Source: Candidatus Competibacter sp. (GTDB lineage Bacteria; Pseudomonadota; Gammaproteobacteria; Competibacterales; Competibacteraceae). From it: a DNA stretch of 64,000 nt. This document shows positions 8,918 to 17,781 of the stretch, one piece after another (positions within the stretch are counted from its first letter, which is position 1; each line of letters opens with the position of its first letter). The notes below the pieces were generated by a model. The model was given only the letters and a program-made list of their open reading frames with translations, ran no database searches and had not been told where the DNA came from. Position numbers and translations under genes: made by a program. The DNA lies in assembly GCA_037045685.1 (NCBI GenBank), contig JBAOII010000036.1, positions 18,317 through 82,316 of the forward strand. The letters are read 5' to 3'.

Positions 8918-10575
8918 AAAATGAAAGAATTTTGTTTGTGATTCCTCCCTACTTTAGCGCTGACGACTATATAACCAGCGACCGGTCCAGGGTATTGCCG
9001 CCGTTTACTGTTCCTTATGGGGTTCTTTCGCTCGATGCCTATTTGAAGCGGCAGTGCGGGGATCAGGTTAGTTGTTATATTGTTGATTTAAATATTACGC
9101 TAAAAAATATTGTTGACTCCGTTGAGAAACAGGATTGCTTTACCGCGTTTAGCGCTTCGTTAACCGCAGCGATCCATGATTTCGAGCCATCCATGATTGG
9201 GATATCAGCGCTATTTAATATCTCGTTCCAATATATTGAAGAGATCGCCAAAACTGCAAAACAAGCGGATGACCGGCTTTTAATCCTGACGGGCGGTGGT
9301 TTGCCTTCGGCCGCCTACCAGCAAGTCCTGCGTCTTTGCCCGTCGGTAGATGCGGTGTGCAAGGGTGAGGGCGAGCTGCCGCTGGCCGATCTGGTGATGG
9401 CCGACGATAGGGCGGCCCTGCTCGAATCGCATCCCTCGTGGATTACCCGTATCGGGCTATCCTCCAACAAAAAACCCGAACCCCGGTTTATAAAAAATCT
9501 CGATGAGATTCCGATGTTGAACTATGAAATGATCGATCTCGACAATTATAATTCAAGATCGCTCGATAAAAGGTATTCGGGAATCAAAAAAAGAGAGATG
9601 GCGATTCACACCTCGCGCGGCTGTCCATTTTCATGTGTGTTTTGCTCGAACCCATTCTTGCATGGAAAAAAAATGCGCGCCATGAGCGTGGAGCGCGTCA
9701 TCGATGAAGTGAGGGTTATGAAGGAGCAGCATGGGCTAACGGTTTTACTGATCGAGGATGATCATTTTTTGTTCGATACCCAGCGTGCGAAGAAAATCCT
9801 GCACGGATTATCTGAACTGAACATTCGAATCGAATTTCCCAATGGGATCGCAGTTTACGCGATCGATGAAGAGCTGGCGGCTTTGCTCTACCAAGCTGGC
9901 GTGTCCACGGTCGCGCTCGCCATCGAGTCCGGCTCGGATTATGTTTTGAATAAAATTATCAAAAAGCCGCTGAAAACAAATATCGTCAAAAGCAAAGTTG
10001 AAATGCTCAGAAAGCAGGGCGTTTTGAGCCACGCTTTCATCGTGGTTGGCCTGCCGGGAGAACAGGCGTCCCATCGGCGGCAGACCCTTGAGCTATTGCT
10101 CGATATCGGTGTTGATTGGGCGCACGTTTTTTGTGCCGTGCCGATATTCGGCAGCAGACTTCACGAGATTTGCGTCGAAAACGGTTATATTGAGAACAGC
10201 AATTTTCTGGATCACATCAATACCAAATCGGTGATCAAGGCGCCTGGCGTCGATCCGCAGGAGATCGAGAAAACTGCCTATCAGATCAATTTGCTAGTCA
10301 ATTTTGTGCATAATTTCAACTTGAAAACGGGCAATTACCAAACGGCGATCCAATATTTTTCCAACGTGGCCGAAAAATATCCGCAACACGCTTTCGCCCA
10401 TCATGCTCTGGCGCGAGCGTACGCCGGCGCGGGAAGGTCGCACGATGCCGATGCGTCCCGAGACCGATTTGAGCGCATCCTCCTCCACGACCCGTGGTGG
10501 CGGGCTCAAGCGGAGGCGTTCGGGTTGATCGGGGACGCTACGCGCATTGGCCGCGAGAGCCCGATCGTCGCGTGA
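8914..10575 (+). CDS. B12-binding-domain radical SAM protein (class B methyltransferase-like) with TPR-like C-terminal tail
   Basis: 553 aa. It has an N-terminal B12-binding-like domain, a CPFSCVFC (CX3CX2C) motif, and a C-terminal helical repeat ...YQTAIQYFSNVAEKYPQHAFAHHALARAYAGAG. The start overlaps the upstream stop by 4 nt. Confidence 0.8.
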   Translation: MKNERILFVIPPYFSADDYITSDRSRVLPPFTVPYGVLSLDAYLKRQCGDQVSCYIVDLNITLKNIVDSVEKQDCFTAFSASLTAAIHDFEPSMIGISALFNISFQYIEEIAKTAKQADDRLLILTGGGLPSAAYQQVLRLCPSVDAVCKGEGELPLADLVMADDRAALLESHPSWITRIGLSSNKKPEPRFIKNLDEIPMLNYEMIDLDNYNSRSLDKRYSGIKKREMAIHTSRGCPFSCVFCSNPFLHGKKMRAMSVERVIDEVRVMKEQHGLTVLLIEDDHFLFDTQRAKKILHGLSELNIRIEFPNGIAVYAIDEELAALLYQAGVSTVALAIESGSDYVLNKIIKKPLKTNIVKSKVEMLRKQGVLSHAFIVVGLPGEQASHRRQTLELLLDIGVDWAHVFCAVPIFGSRLHEICVENGYIENSNFLDHINTKSVIKAPGVDPQEIEKTAYQINLLVNFVHNFNLKTGNYQTAIQYFSNVAEKYPQHAFAHHALARAYAGAGRSHDADASRDRFERILLHDPWWRAQAEAFGLIGDATRIGRESPIVA

Positions 10576-10615
10576 GCGTCGACACCTCTCGGGCGCTGGC
10601 GTTGGCGCGAGGGCG

Positions 10616-11929
10616 ATGCCCGTGATCGGGTTGCTGCACGTCACGGCGCATCTGGGCGGCGGCGTCGGTAAGGTGCTTTCGCGCCTGGTGGAGGAATCCG
10701 GCCGCCGGAACGATGGCTTGCGACACGCGATCATTTGTCTGGAGCGGCCGGAAAAAGACCAGTTCGCCGAGCGCGTTCGGGCTTGTGGCGCCGAGCTGCT
10801 GATCGGCCCGTCTCGGGAGGAGTTAAACCGGCGGATCGCCGAAGCCGACATCGTGCAGCTGGAATGGTGGCACCATCCGCGCGTGGCCGAATGGCTTTGC
10901 TCCGGCGTTTTGCCGCCCATGCGCCTGATCGTGTGGAGCCACGTATCGGGCTTGCATCCGCCCGAAATCCCCGCCGGGTTTTTGACCCTTCCCCACCGCT
11001 TCCTGTTCAGCTCTCCCTGCTCTTGGGAGCATCGGTCGGTGATCGGCTTGAGCCCGAGCCAGCGCTCGAAAGTGGATTCGGTCTTCAGCTCGGGCGGCTT
11101 CGAGGATTTGCCGGAGCCGCCACCGCGCTCGGCGCGCGGCCCTTTGCGGGTCGGCTATGTGGGCACGCTCAATTTCGCCAAATTGCATCCGCGGCTGCTC
11201 GACTTTCTCGGCGCCGTTTCGCTGCCGGGGTTTCGGTTGACGCTGGTCGGCGACCCCACCACCGGCGCCGAGCTGCGCGCTCGGGTTGCCGGCCAAAGCC
11301 TCGCGGTCCAACTGGAGTTTCGCGGCTACCGGACCGATGTGGCCGCCGAGCTAGCCCGGCTCGATGTCTTGGCGTATCTGCTCAACCCCCTGCACTATGG
11401 GACGACCGAGAACGCGCTGCTGGAGGCCATGGCGATGGGGGTGGTGCCGGTCGTGCTGGACAACCCTGCGGAGAGATGTTTGGTCCGGCACGGCGAAACC
11501 GGCCTGGTGGTCGGCGATCCCGCCGCGTTTGCGGAGGCTTTGGCGTACTTGGCCGATCACCCGGCCGAGCGCCGCAGACTGTCCGCTCGCGCCAGCCGAG
11601 AAACGCGTTTCCGCTTCTCGATCGAGCGCACGGCGGATGGCCTCGAAGCGCATTACCGCGCCGTGCTGGCGGAAGACAAGCGCGCTTTCGATTTGCGGCC
11701 GGTATTCGGGCCGACGCCGGCCGACTGGTTCCGAGCCTGCCAGGGAGACCAAGCGTGGCGCTTTGCCGATGGCGGGAGCGCGACGCGGGGGCCGGCGGTC
11801 GAAAAAGCCGGGCGTGGACCGCATTATTTGTACGAAAAAACCAAAAGCTCGGCGTTCCACTATCGCGATACGTTTCCGGACGATCCGAGATTGCGGCGTT
11901 GGGCCGAGCGGCTGGAGGCGGGCCGGTGA
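10616..11929 (+). CDS. Glycosyltransferase, GT-B fold (family 1/4-like)
   Basis: Start taken at MPVIGLLHVTAHLGGGVGKV (10616). ...GTTENALLEAMAMGVVPVVLDNP...GETGLVV is the EX7E-type GT1 C-terminal signature. Confidence 0.75.
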   Translation: MPVIGLLHVTAHLGGGVGKVLSRLVEESGRRNDGLRHAIICLERPEKDQFAERVRACGAELLIGPSREELNRRIAEADIVQLEWWHHPRVAEWLCSGVLPPMRLIVWSHVSGLHPPEIPAGFLTLPHRFLFSSPCSWEHRSVIGLSPSQRSKVDSVFSSGGFEDLPEPPPRSARGPLRVGYVGTLNFAKLHPRLLDFLGAVSLPGFRLTLVGDPTTGAELRARVAGQSLAVQLEFRGYRTDVAAELARLDVLAYLLNPLHYGTTENALLEAMAMGVVPVVLDNPAERCLVRHGETGLVVGDPAAFAEALAYLADHPAERRRLSARASRETRFRFSIERTADGLEAHYRAVLAEDKRAFDLRPVFGPTPADWFRACQGDQAWRFADGGSATRGPAVEKAGRGPHYLYEKTKSSAFHYRDTFPDDPRLRRWAERLEAGR

Positions 11930-13110
11930 AACGCTTTGCTCTGCCTGACAGGCGGGTTGCGCGCCGGTTGTTCCAGCGGCTGGCGGAGCGCCCCCCGGCG
12001 GTCGAGCCATGCCGGACCGATAAGCCCTTGGTTCTTTATGGCGCCGGCAATCTCGGCGCTCTGGCGGCGGATATGCTGGGGCGGCTGGCGTTGCCGGTGG
12101 CCTACGCGATGGATCGGGCGCCATCGGGCGACCGGCTGTTGGCGGGGCGTATCCCGGTGCTGGAGCCAAGACAGCCCTCTCCGGAAGAGCGGGGCGGTCA
12201 CACGGTCGCCGTCTGCGTGGTCAACGCGCCCTACCGGCCGATCCGCGACGCGCTCGCCGAAATGGGCTGGGGGCATATTTGCCCGGTTTACGACCTCTTG
12301 GAAGCCTATGCCGACCGGATGCCCATCAAGAATGGCTGGTTTGCGGGCCCCTTGAGCGAGCGAGATGTGGCGGGCATCGAAGCGGTGCTTGCCCGCTGGG
12401 AAGATGACCGTTCCCGCGCCGCTCACTTGCAGTTCCTGGCTTGGCGGCTCCACCGCCGAGAGTGGTGTTTCGCCGATGCGCCGGTGCGCATCGACGATCG
12501 GTATTTCATCGGGCCGATCCGCGAGGCCTTGCGGCCCGACGAGTGTTTCTTGGACGGCGGGGCCCATCGCGGAGCGGTGATCGAGCGATGGCTCGAAACG
12601 GCCGGAGGCGCGTTTCGGGCGGTCTTGGCCGTGGAGCCGGACCGAGAAAACGCGCGATGCCTGCGCGAGCGCATCGCCAGGTTGCCGGCCGGCGTGGCCC
12701 GACGCATCCGGGTGATGGAGTGCGCCCTGGCCGCGCGCGGCGGGAGCCAACCGTTTCGCCACGGTTTTGACTTGGCCTCGCGCCTGGAGCCGGGGGCTGC
12801 CGATAGCGTCGCGGCCCATCGGTTGGACGATCTGGATTTCCCGGTTTCGTTCGGCAAAATCCATCTGGAAGGGGGTGAGCGGGCGGCGCTCGAAGGGGGG
12901 ATGGAAACCTTGCGGCGTTTTCGCCCCCTGCTGGCGGTCACGCTTTATCACGACCGGGACGGCCTGTGGCGAACCGCCGCGCTGTTGATGGAGCTGTTGC
13001 CGGACTACCGGTTTTTGTTGCGCCTGCACGCATGGTGTGGGACCGGGGTGGTCTTGTACGCGATCCCCGCTGAAAGATGGGTGGGTTCTTCCGCCGCCGG
13101 AAATCGCTGA
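11926..13110 (+). CDS. FkbM-family methyltransferase (second copy, GC-rich)
   Basis: The GTG at 11926 overlaps the GT1 stop (GTGA). ...FLDGGAHRGAVIERW...AVEPDREN...GKIHLEGGERAALEG is the FkbM pattern. The upstream part of the 791-aa ORF 10735..13110 is an off-frame overlap with the GT1 gene. Confidence 0.7.
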   Translation: MKRFALPDRRVARRLFQRLAERPPAVEPCRTDKPLVLYGAGNLGALAADMLGRLALPVAYAMDRAPSGDRLLAGRIPVLEPRQPSPEERGGHTVAVCVVNAPYRPIRDALAEMGWGHICPVYDLLEAYADRMPIKNGWFAGPLSERDVAGIEAVLARWEDDRSRAAHLQFLAWRLHRREWCFADAPVRIDDRYFIGPIREALRPDECFLDGGAHRGAVIERWLETAGGAFRAVLAVEPDRENARCLRERIARLPAGVARRIRVMECALAARGGSQPFRHGFDLASRLEPGAADSVAAHRLDDLDFPVSFGKIHLEGGERAALEGGMETLRRFRPLLAVTLYHDRDGLWRTAALLMELLPDYRFLLRLHAWCGTGVVLYAIPAERWVGSSAAGNR

Positions 13111-13176
13111 GCTGGCGAGTGGCGGAAAATGTAGAGCGCGACCTCTGAAAACCGAGAAAGAAGGAATGATCAGGAA

Positions 13177-16100
13177 ATGAGCGAACCGTATGGATCGAAT
13201 GATCAATGCGAGGTTGATGTCATCATTCCCGCATACAATTATGGTCGCTATTTAGATGGCTGCCTGACTTCCGTTTTAGAGCAAACCTTCGGTGGCTACT
13301 CTGTTCTCGTTATCGATAACGCTTCGGAAGACGATACCGAGGAGGTCGCGAGGCGGTGGGTCCGTTCGGATTCCCGTTTTAGCTATATCAGGAATGAAAC
13401 CAATATCGGTTTGCGGGATAGCTCCCTGAAGGCTTACGCGCATACCCGGGCCAAATGGGTTTTGTTTCTCTCGGCGGACGATCTGTTAAAGCCCCGCTTT
13501 CTGGAAATGGCGGTGAGCGCTCTCCGGCGTCACCCGGAATGCACGTTCGCGTATAGCGCTTGGCGCATGCTCGTCGATAATCCGGGTGGCTTGCGCCACG
13601 GGGAAGAAATAGACGTGCAGATCCCCCATGATCGGAGCGGTTGCTACGATGAGTCCGGGCTTTTGCTGTCTCATAACTGGATCACCAACTCGTTTACCCT
13701 GTTCCGTCGCGAAGCTTGCGAGTCGGCAGGCGGTTTCATGCCGGCCGGTTTCAGCCATTTCGGCGATTGGTATTTATGGATGCGCCTTTCCGCGAAAGGG
13801 CCGGCATTTTACATTAACGAGCATTTGGGGCTATACCGGAGCCACGGCCGGTCCGAGTCGGATCGCTTGATCGCCAACCACCAATCCGGCTTCGACCATA
13901 TCTACTTTCACGACAAAATTTTTGAGTCCGATCTCTGGCCTTGGCCGGTGAGGCTGTTGGCTAAGGCCAACCAAATTCGTTGGCTGACGGGAGAACCGCT
14001 CACCCAAATCGCCCGTAAAATGGGTGGAGCAGCGGCGGAGCCCAGGGTGCGCGGCTTCGTGGATCGGCATCGAAGCAGGTTTTGGACCGAGGTGGCGCGG
14101 TCCGTTCTCCATTACAAGAATTCGATAATCCCAAATTTTCTGGACACGCCGGAGAATGGGCTCGCCTTGCTGCGAGAAGCTTTGCAGCATGATCCCCATA
14201 ATGCGGAAGCCGCCGCTTTGCTCGAGCATCACCGAGAAGGCCGTGGCGACTATCGGGAGTGGTCGCTGGGCCATCGCTGGGATGCCGAGCGGTGCCGCCG
14301 GTTATTGGCCGGCACCGATGCGCCCGAAACCATTGTCGATATCCATGTCTTGGTGGTGGATCGCGGGGATCGGAACCTGCTCGCCGATACGATCGACGAT
14401 CTCGCCGCTCAGGCGTTAGCGAATTGGCGACTCACGGTGGTTTCCGAAACGGCCCGTCCCGAGTCGGCCGAGCCCATCGAGATGATCGAGTGGGCGCAGG
14501 TGTCGGGCCAATCGGCCGCCGAGGCGATAGCCGCTTCGGTCGTCGCGAGTGCCGCGCGCTGGTTTGTTTGCTTTCCGGCCGGCGTGCGCTTGTCGCCAGC
14601 ATTTACTCTGCTCGCGGGGTTGCGGTTGCGCGAGCGCCCCGATTCCTTGCTGTTGTATCTGGACGAAGATGCTGTAGACGCTGATGGAGAACACGCGTTC
14701 CCGAGATTCAAGCCCGACGTTAACGTCGATTTTCTTCGTTCGTATCCCTATGTCGGCGCCGCGACCCTGATCTCTAGGTCCGTGATGCTCGATCCGAGAA
14801 TCGCGATTTTGCCGGTCGGGTTACCGCGCAATTACGGAGCGGCGCTGCTGGCTATCGAGCGAACTCCGAGCGCGGTGGAACATCTGGATGAGGTTTTGGT
14901 GCATGTCCCGGAGCCGCTGGCCGCCGAGTTCCAAAGTACCGAGCTCGCGAGATTGCTGGTCGAGCAGCACTTGGCGAGGTGCGGAATTGCCGCCGAGGTT
15001 TCCGATGGATCGCTGGCCGGTTCTTTGGTCGTCGAATATCTGCTGCCGGCGCAACCGCCGATGGTCAGCGTTCTGATATTGGTTCGAGACAATATCGAGC
15101 ATGTCCAGCTTTGCCTGGAAGCTTTGCTGGAGAAAACCCGTTATCCGAGTTTCGAGGTGTTGGCCGTTGTCGGCCCGGATACGCCACAGCCGGTGCTCGC
15201 TTATTTGGCCGAGCTGGCCGGCGGCGATGCCCGCGTGCGACCGTTGCGCCACGAGGAAACGCGCGATGGCGCCGCGATTCGCCACCTTCAGGCTGATCGA
15301 GCGGTTGGCGAATACTTGGTGCTGCTGGATGACGATGTCGCCGCGTTGCAGGATAACTGGCTTGCCCGTTTGGTGGCCATGGGGTTGCGTCCGGAGGTCG
15401 GAGCCGTTGGCTGCCGGTTGCTGGCCCTCGATCGACGGGTGCGCCATGCTGGGATGATTCTCGGCATTGGCGGTGCGATTGATCGCATAGGGGCTGGGTT
15501 GACGCTGACCGAGAGCGGGTATATGGGCCGCGTTCAATTGGCCCAAAATTTTTCGGCCGTGAGCGCCGCTTGCATGCTGGTGCGAAAAAGCCTGTTTCTT
15601 GAGGTGGGGGGCTTTGCTGAAGCGGGTGTCAGCGCCTTTTCCCGCGATGGCGATTTGTGCCTCAAAATCGGAGACCGGGGTTTTCTGATCGTTTGGACTC
15701 CGCACGTTACGATGGTTTGCCACGGAAGCCGAGATGAATGGGGCGAATCCGATCCCGATCCCGATAAACGCCATCAATCCGCTCGGCGGGCGTTTGTCAA
15801 AAAATGGCTTCACCGCTTGGGCAACGATCCCGCCTATAATCGCCACTTAAGCCTGCGACAACGAGAATGGATGATCGACGGTGATTTTGACGTGCCTTGG
15901 CATCCCGGCTTGGAGCCCTTGCCGCGAATTGTCGCTCAACCACCCGATGAAATGGGCGTCGGACAATACCGGATGATCGGTCCGCTCAAGGAACTGACCG
16001 ACAGCGGTCGGATTTGCAGCTTTCTCTTGCCGGCGTTGACCAGCGACAAACGCTTCCTGCCGTATGTATCCGAATTGATCAGGGCAAAACCCACGGTCTT

Positions 16101-16920
16101 CTTCCTGCAAAATGCTTTTTCGGACTTCCATCTGGACGACTTGCAACAATATGCGGATTTGCTTCCTGATCTCTTCCGGGTCTTCGGCCAGGACGACATC
16201 GTGTTTTCCGTTCCGCAGAAAAGCGCGGCGCGCAAACACTTCGGCAAGGACACCAAGGCCCGGGTGCGCAAAGCCGTTTCGCTCTGCCATCGGGCCATCG
16301 TGACCACCGAACCCATCGCCGAAGCGATGCGCGGCATGCTGGACGACATCCGGGTGATGCCGAATTACTTGGAGCGCTTCCGCTGGGGCGACCTGCAAGC
16401 GCCAAGGAACGAACGACGCAAGCCACGAGTCGGTTGGGCCGGCGCACAACAGCATCAGGGCGATCTGGAATTCATCCTGCCGGTGGTCGAGGCGACCGCC
16501 AACGAGGTGGACTGGATTTTCATGGGGATGTATCCGCCCAAACTCCGATATCACGTTGCCGAAACGCATCCGGCGGTCGCGTTCGACCAATACCCGGCCG
16601 CGCTGGCAAAGCTCGATCTCGACCTCGCGATCGCGCCGCTCGAACTCAACCGTTTCAATGCCGCCAAAAGCAACCTGCGCCTGCTGGAATACGGCGCGGT
16701 CGGTTACCCGGTCATCGCCACCGACATTTTGCCGTACCGGAACGCCCCGGTGACCCGCGTTCCCAACAACCCGCAAGCGTGGGTCAAGGCGATTCGCGAG
16801 CACATCTACGAATTGGAGGCCACTCGGGCGGCGGGCGAACGATTGCGTCAGTGGGTGTTATCCGACTGGATGCTGGATCAGCATCTCGATGAATGGCTGC
16901 GGGTGTTGCTGCCGGATTGA
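13177..16920 (+). CDS. Large multidomain glycosyltransferase (two GT2-like domains plus a C-terminal GT-B-like domain)
   Basis: 1247 aa. The first GT2-like domain is DVIIPAYNYGRYLDGCLTSVLEQTF...VLVIDNASEDDT and the second is VSVLILVRDNIEHVQLCLEALL...LLDDD. The C-terminus ...PRVGWAGAQQHQGDL...LLEYGAVGYPVIATD is GT-B-like. Its position just upstream of fliC resembles the large flagellin glycosyltransferases of Pseudomonas islands. Confidence 0.8.
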   Translation: MSEPYGSNDQCEVDVIIPAYNYGRYLDGCLTSVLEQTFGGYSVLVIDNASEDDTEEVARRWVRSDSRFSYIRNETNIGLRDSSLKAYAHTRAKWVLFLSADDLLKPRFLEMAVSALRRHPECTFAYSAWRMLVDNPGGLRHGEEIDVQIPHDRSGCYDESGLLLSHNWITNSFTLFRREACESAGGFMPAGFSHFGDWYLWMRLSAKGPAFYINEHLGLYRSHGRSESDRLIANHQSGFDHIYFHDKIFESDLWPWPVRLLAKANQIRWLTGEPLTQIARKMGGAAAEPRVRGFVDRHRSRFWTEVARSVLHYKNSIIPNFLDTPENGLALLREALQHDPHNAEAAALLEHHREGRGDYREWSLGHRWDAERCRRLLAGTDAPETIVDIHVLVVDRGDRNLLADTIDDLAAQALANWRLTVVSETARPESAEPIEMIEWAQVSGQSAAEAIAASVVASAARWFVCFPAGVRLSPAFTLLAGLRLRERPDSLLLYLDEDAVDADGEHAFPRFKPDVNVDFLRSYPYVGAATLISRSVMLDPRIAILPVGLPRNYGAALLAIERTPSAVEHLDEVLVHVPEPLAAEFQSTELARLLVEQHLARCGIAAEVSDGSLAGSLVVEYLLPAQPPMVSVLILVRDNIEHVQLCLEALLEKTRYPSFEVLAVVGPDTPQPVLAYLAELAGGDARVRPLRHEETRDGAAIRHLQADRAVGEYLVLLDDDVAALQDNWLARLVAMGLRPEVGAVGCRLLALDRRVRHAGMILGIGGAIDRIGAGLTLTESGYMGRVQLAQNFSAVSAACMLVRKSLFLEVGGFAEAGVSAFSRDGDLCLKIGDRGFLIVWTPHVTMVCHGSRDEWGESDPDPDKRHQSARRAFVKKWLHRLGNDPAYNRHLSLRQREWMIDGDFDVPWHPGLEPLPRIVAQPPDEMGVGQYRMIGPLKELTDSGRICSFLLPALTSDKRFLPYVSELIRAKPTVFFLQNAFSDFHLDDLQQYADLLPDLFRVFGQDDIVFSVPQKSAARKHFGKDTKARVRKAVSLCHRAIVTTEPIAEAMRGMLDDIRVMPNYLERFRWGDLQAPRNERRKPRVGWAGAQQHQGDLEFILPVVEATANEVDWIFMGMYPPKLRYHVAETHPAVAFDQYPAALAKLDLDLAIAPLELNRFNAAKSNLRLLEYGAVGYPVIATDILPYRNAPVTRVPNNPQAWVKAIREHIYELEATRAAGERLRQWVLSDWMLDQHLDEWLRVLLPD

Positions 16921-16974
16921 GTCGAGCATATCGGCCGGTTTATCAATACAATACGATTTATCAAGGATAATACA

Positions 16975-17640
16975 GTGCCATCGAAAACGACGCGCAAGCG
17001 CGGTGGTCCCGGCCACCGATCCACGTCTTCGCCCGCGCCGCGCAACGCGGCCGTGGCGTTGCTGCAAAGCCTGATGCGTGGCGACCAGCGCCTCACGGTG
17101 CGGATCGACGGGCAGCCACTCGCGCTGGCGCAAGCGATCGCCTTGGCCGAACAGCGCGGGAAAGCGGGTCAGGCGCGCGAAGCCGGGCGCGTTTTCGATC
17201 AGCTTTTGGCCCAGGCGGCCGAGTGGCACCGGGAGAGGCGTTTGGACGATGCCGAAGCGGTTTACCGTCAGGTCTTCGAGGCGCGGCCCGAATATATCGA
17301 TGCCTTGCATCTGCTGGGCGTGATTTACTCGCAGCGCGGCGATCACCAAACCGCCGAGCGCCTGATTCGGCAGGCGTTGGCGGAGAGTCCCTCGGCCGAT
17401 ACCTATCACAACAATCTGGGCAAGGCGCTGCAAGGCCAGGGGCAGTTGGAAGAAGCCGCCGCCAGTTACGGGCGCGCTTTGGAATTGAATCCCGGCCACG
17501 CCATGGCCTGTAACAATCTGGGGAAGGTGTTTCTGGAGCTGGGGCGTCGGCCGGAGGCCATCGCCAGCTTCCAACGGGCGGTGGAGCTGCGACCGGATTA
17601 CGCCGAGGCGCGGGCCAACCTGGAACGAGCGTCGCGGTAG
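16975..17640 (+). CDS. Tetratricopeptide-repeat (TPR) protein
   Basis: 221 aa, GTG start. It carries 4-5 consecutive 34-aa TPR units (AEAVYRQVFEARPEYIDALHLLGVIYSQRGDHQTAERLIRQAL...YHNNLGKALQGQGQLEEAAASYGRALELNPGH...). Confidence 0.8.
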   Translation: MPSKTTRKRGGPGHRSTSSPAPRNAAVALLQSLMRGDQRLTVRIDGQPLALAQAIALAEQRGKAGQAREAGRVFDQLLAQAAEWHRERRLDDAEAVYRQVFEARPEYIDALHLLGVIYSQRGDHQTAERLIRQALAESPSADTYHNNLGKALQGQGQLEEAAASYGRALELNPGHAMACNNLGKVFLELGRRPEAIASFQRAVELRPDYAEARANLERASR

Positions 17641-17662
17641 CGAGATTTTTTCGACCGACCCC

Positions 17663-17689
17663 TAAAGCCCGCGCGGTCGCTGCCGATAC
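17663..17689 (+). promoter_or_regulatory. Sigma-28 (FliA) promoter of fliC
   Basis: TAAA-N15-GCCGATAC (consensus TAAA-N15-GCCGATAA), about 95 nt upstream of the fliC ATG. Confidence 0.65.
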
Positions 17690-17781
17690 CTGAGATCAAG
17701 CGAGGAGTTCAAGCCTGATACAAAAAGCTTGGATTTCCAACCAAAACTTAGTCTTCGATCTCATTCTGCGGAGAAGCAACC

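Noticed and set aside
10735-11925. N-terminal part of the 791-aa ORF 10735..13110
   Set aside because: It is an off-frame overlap with the GT1 gene. FkbM homology begins after the GTG at 11926, which overlaps the GT1 stop.
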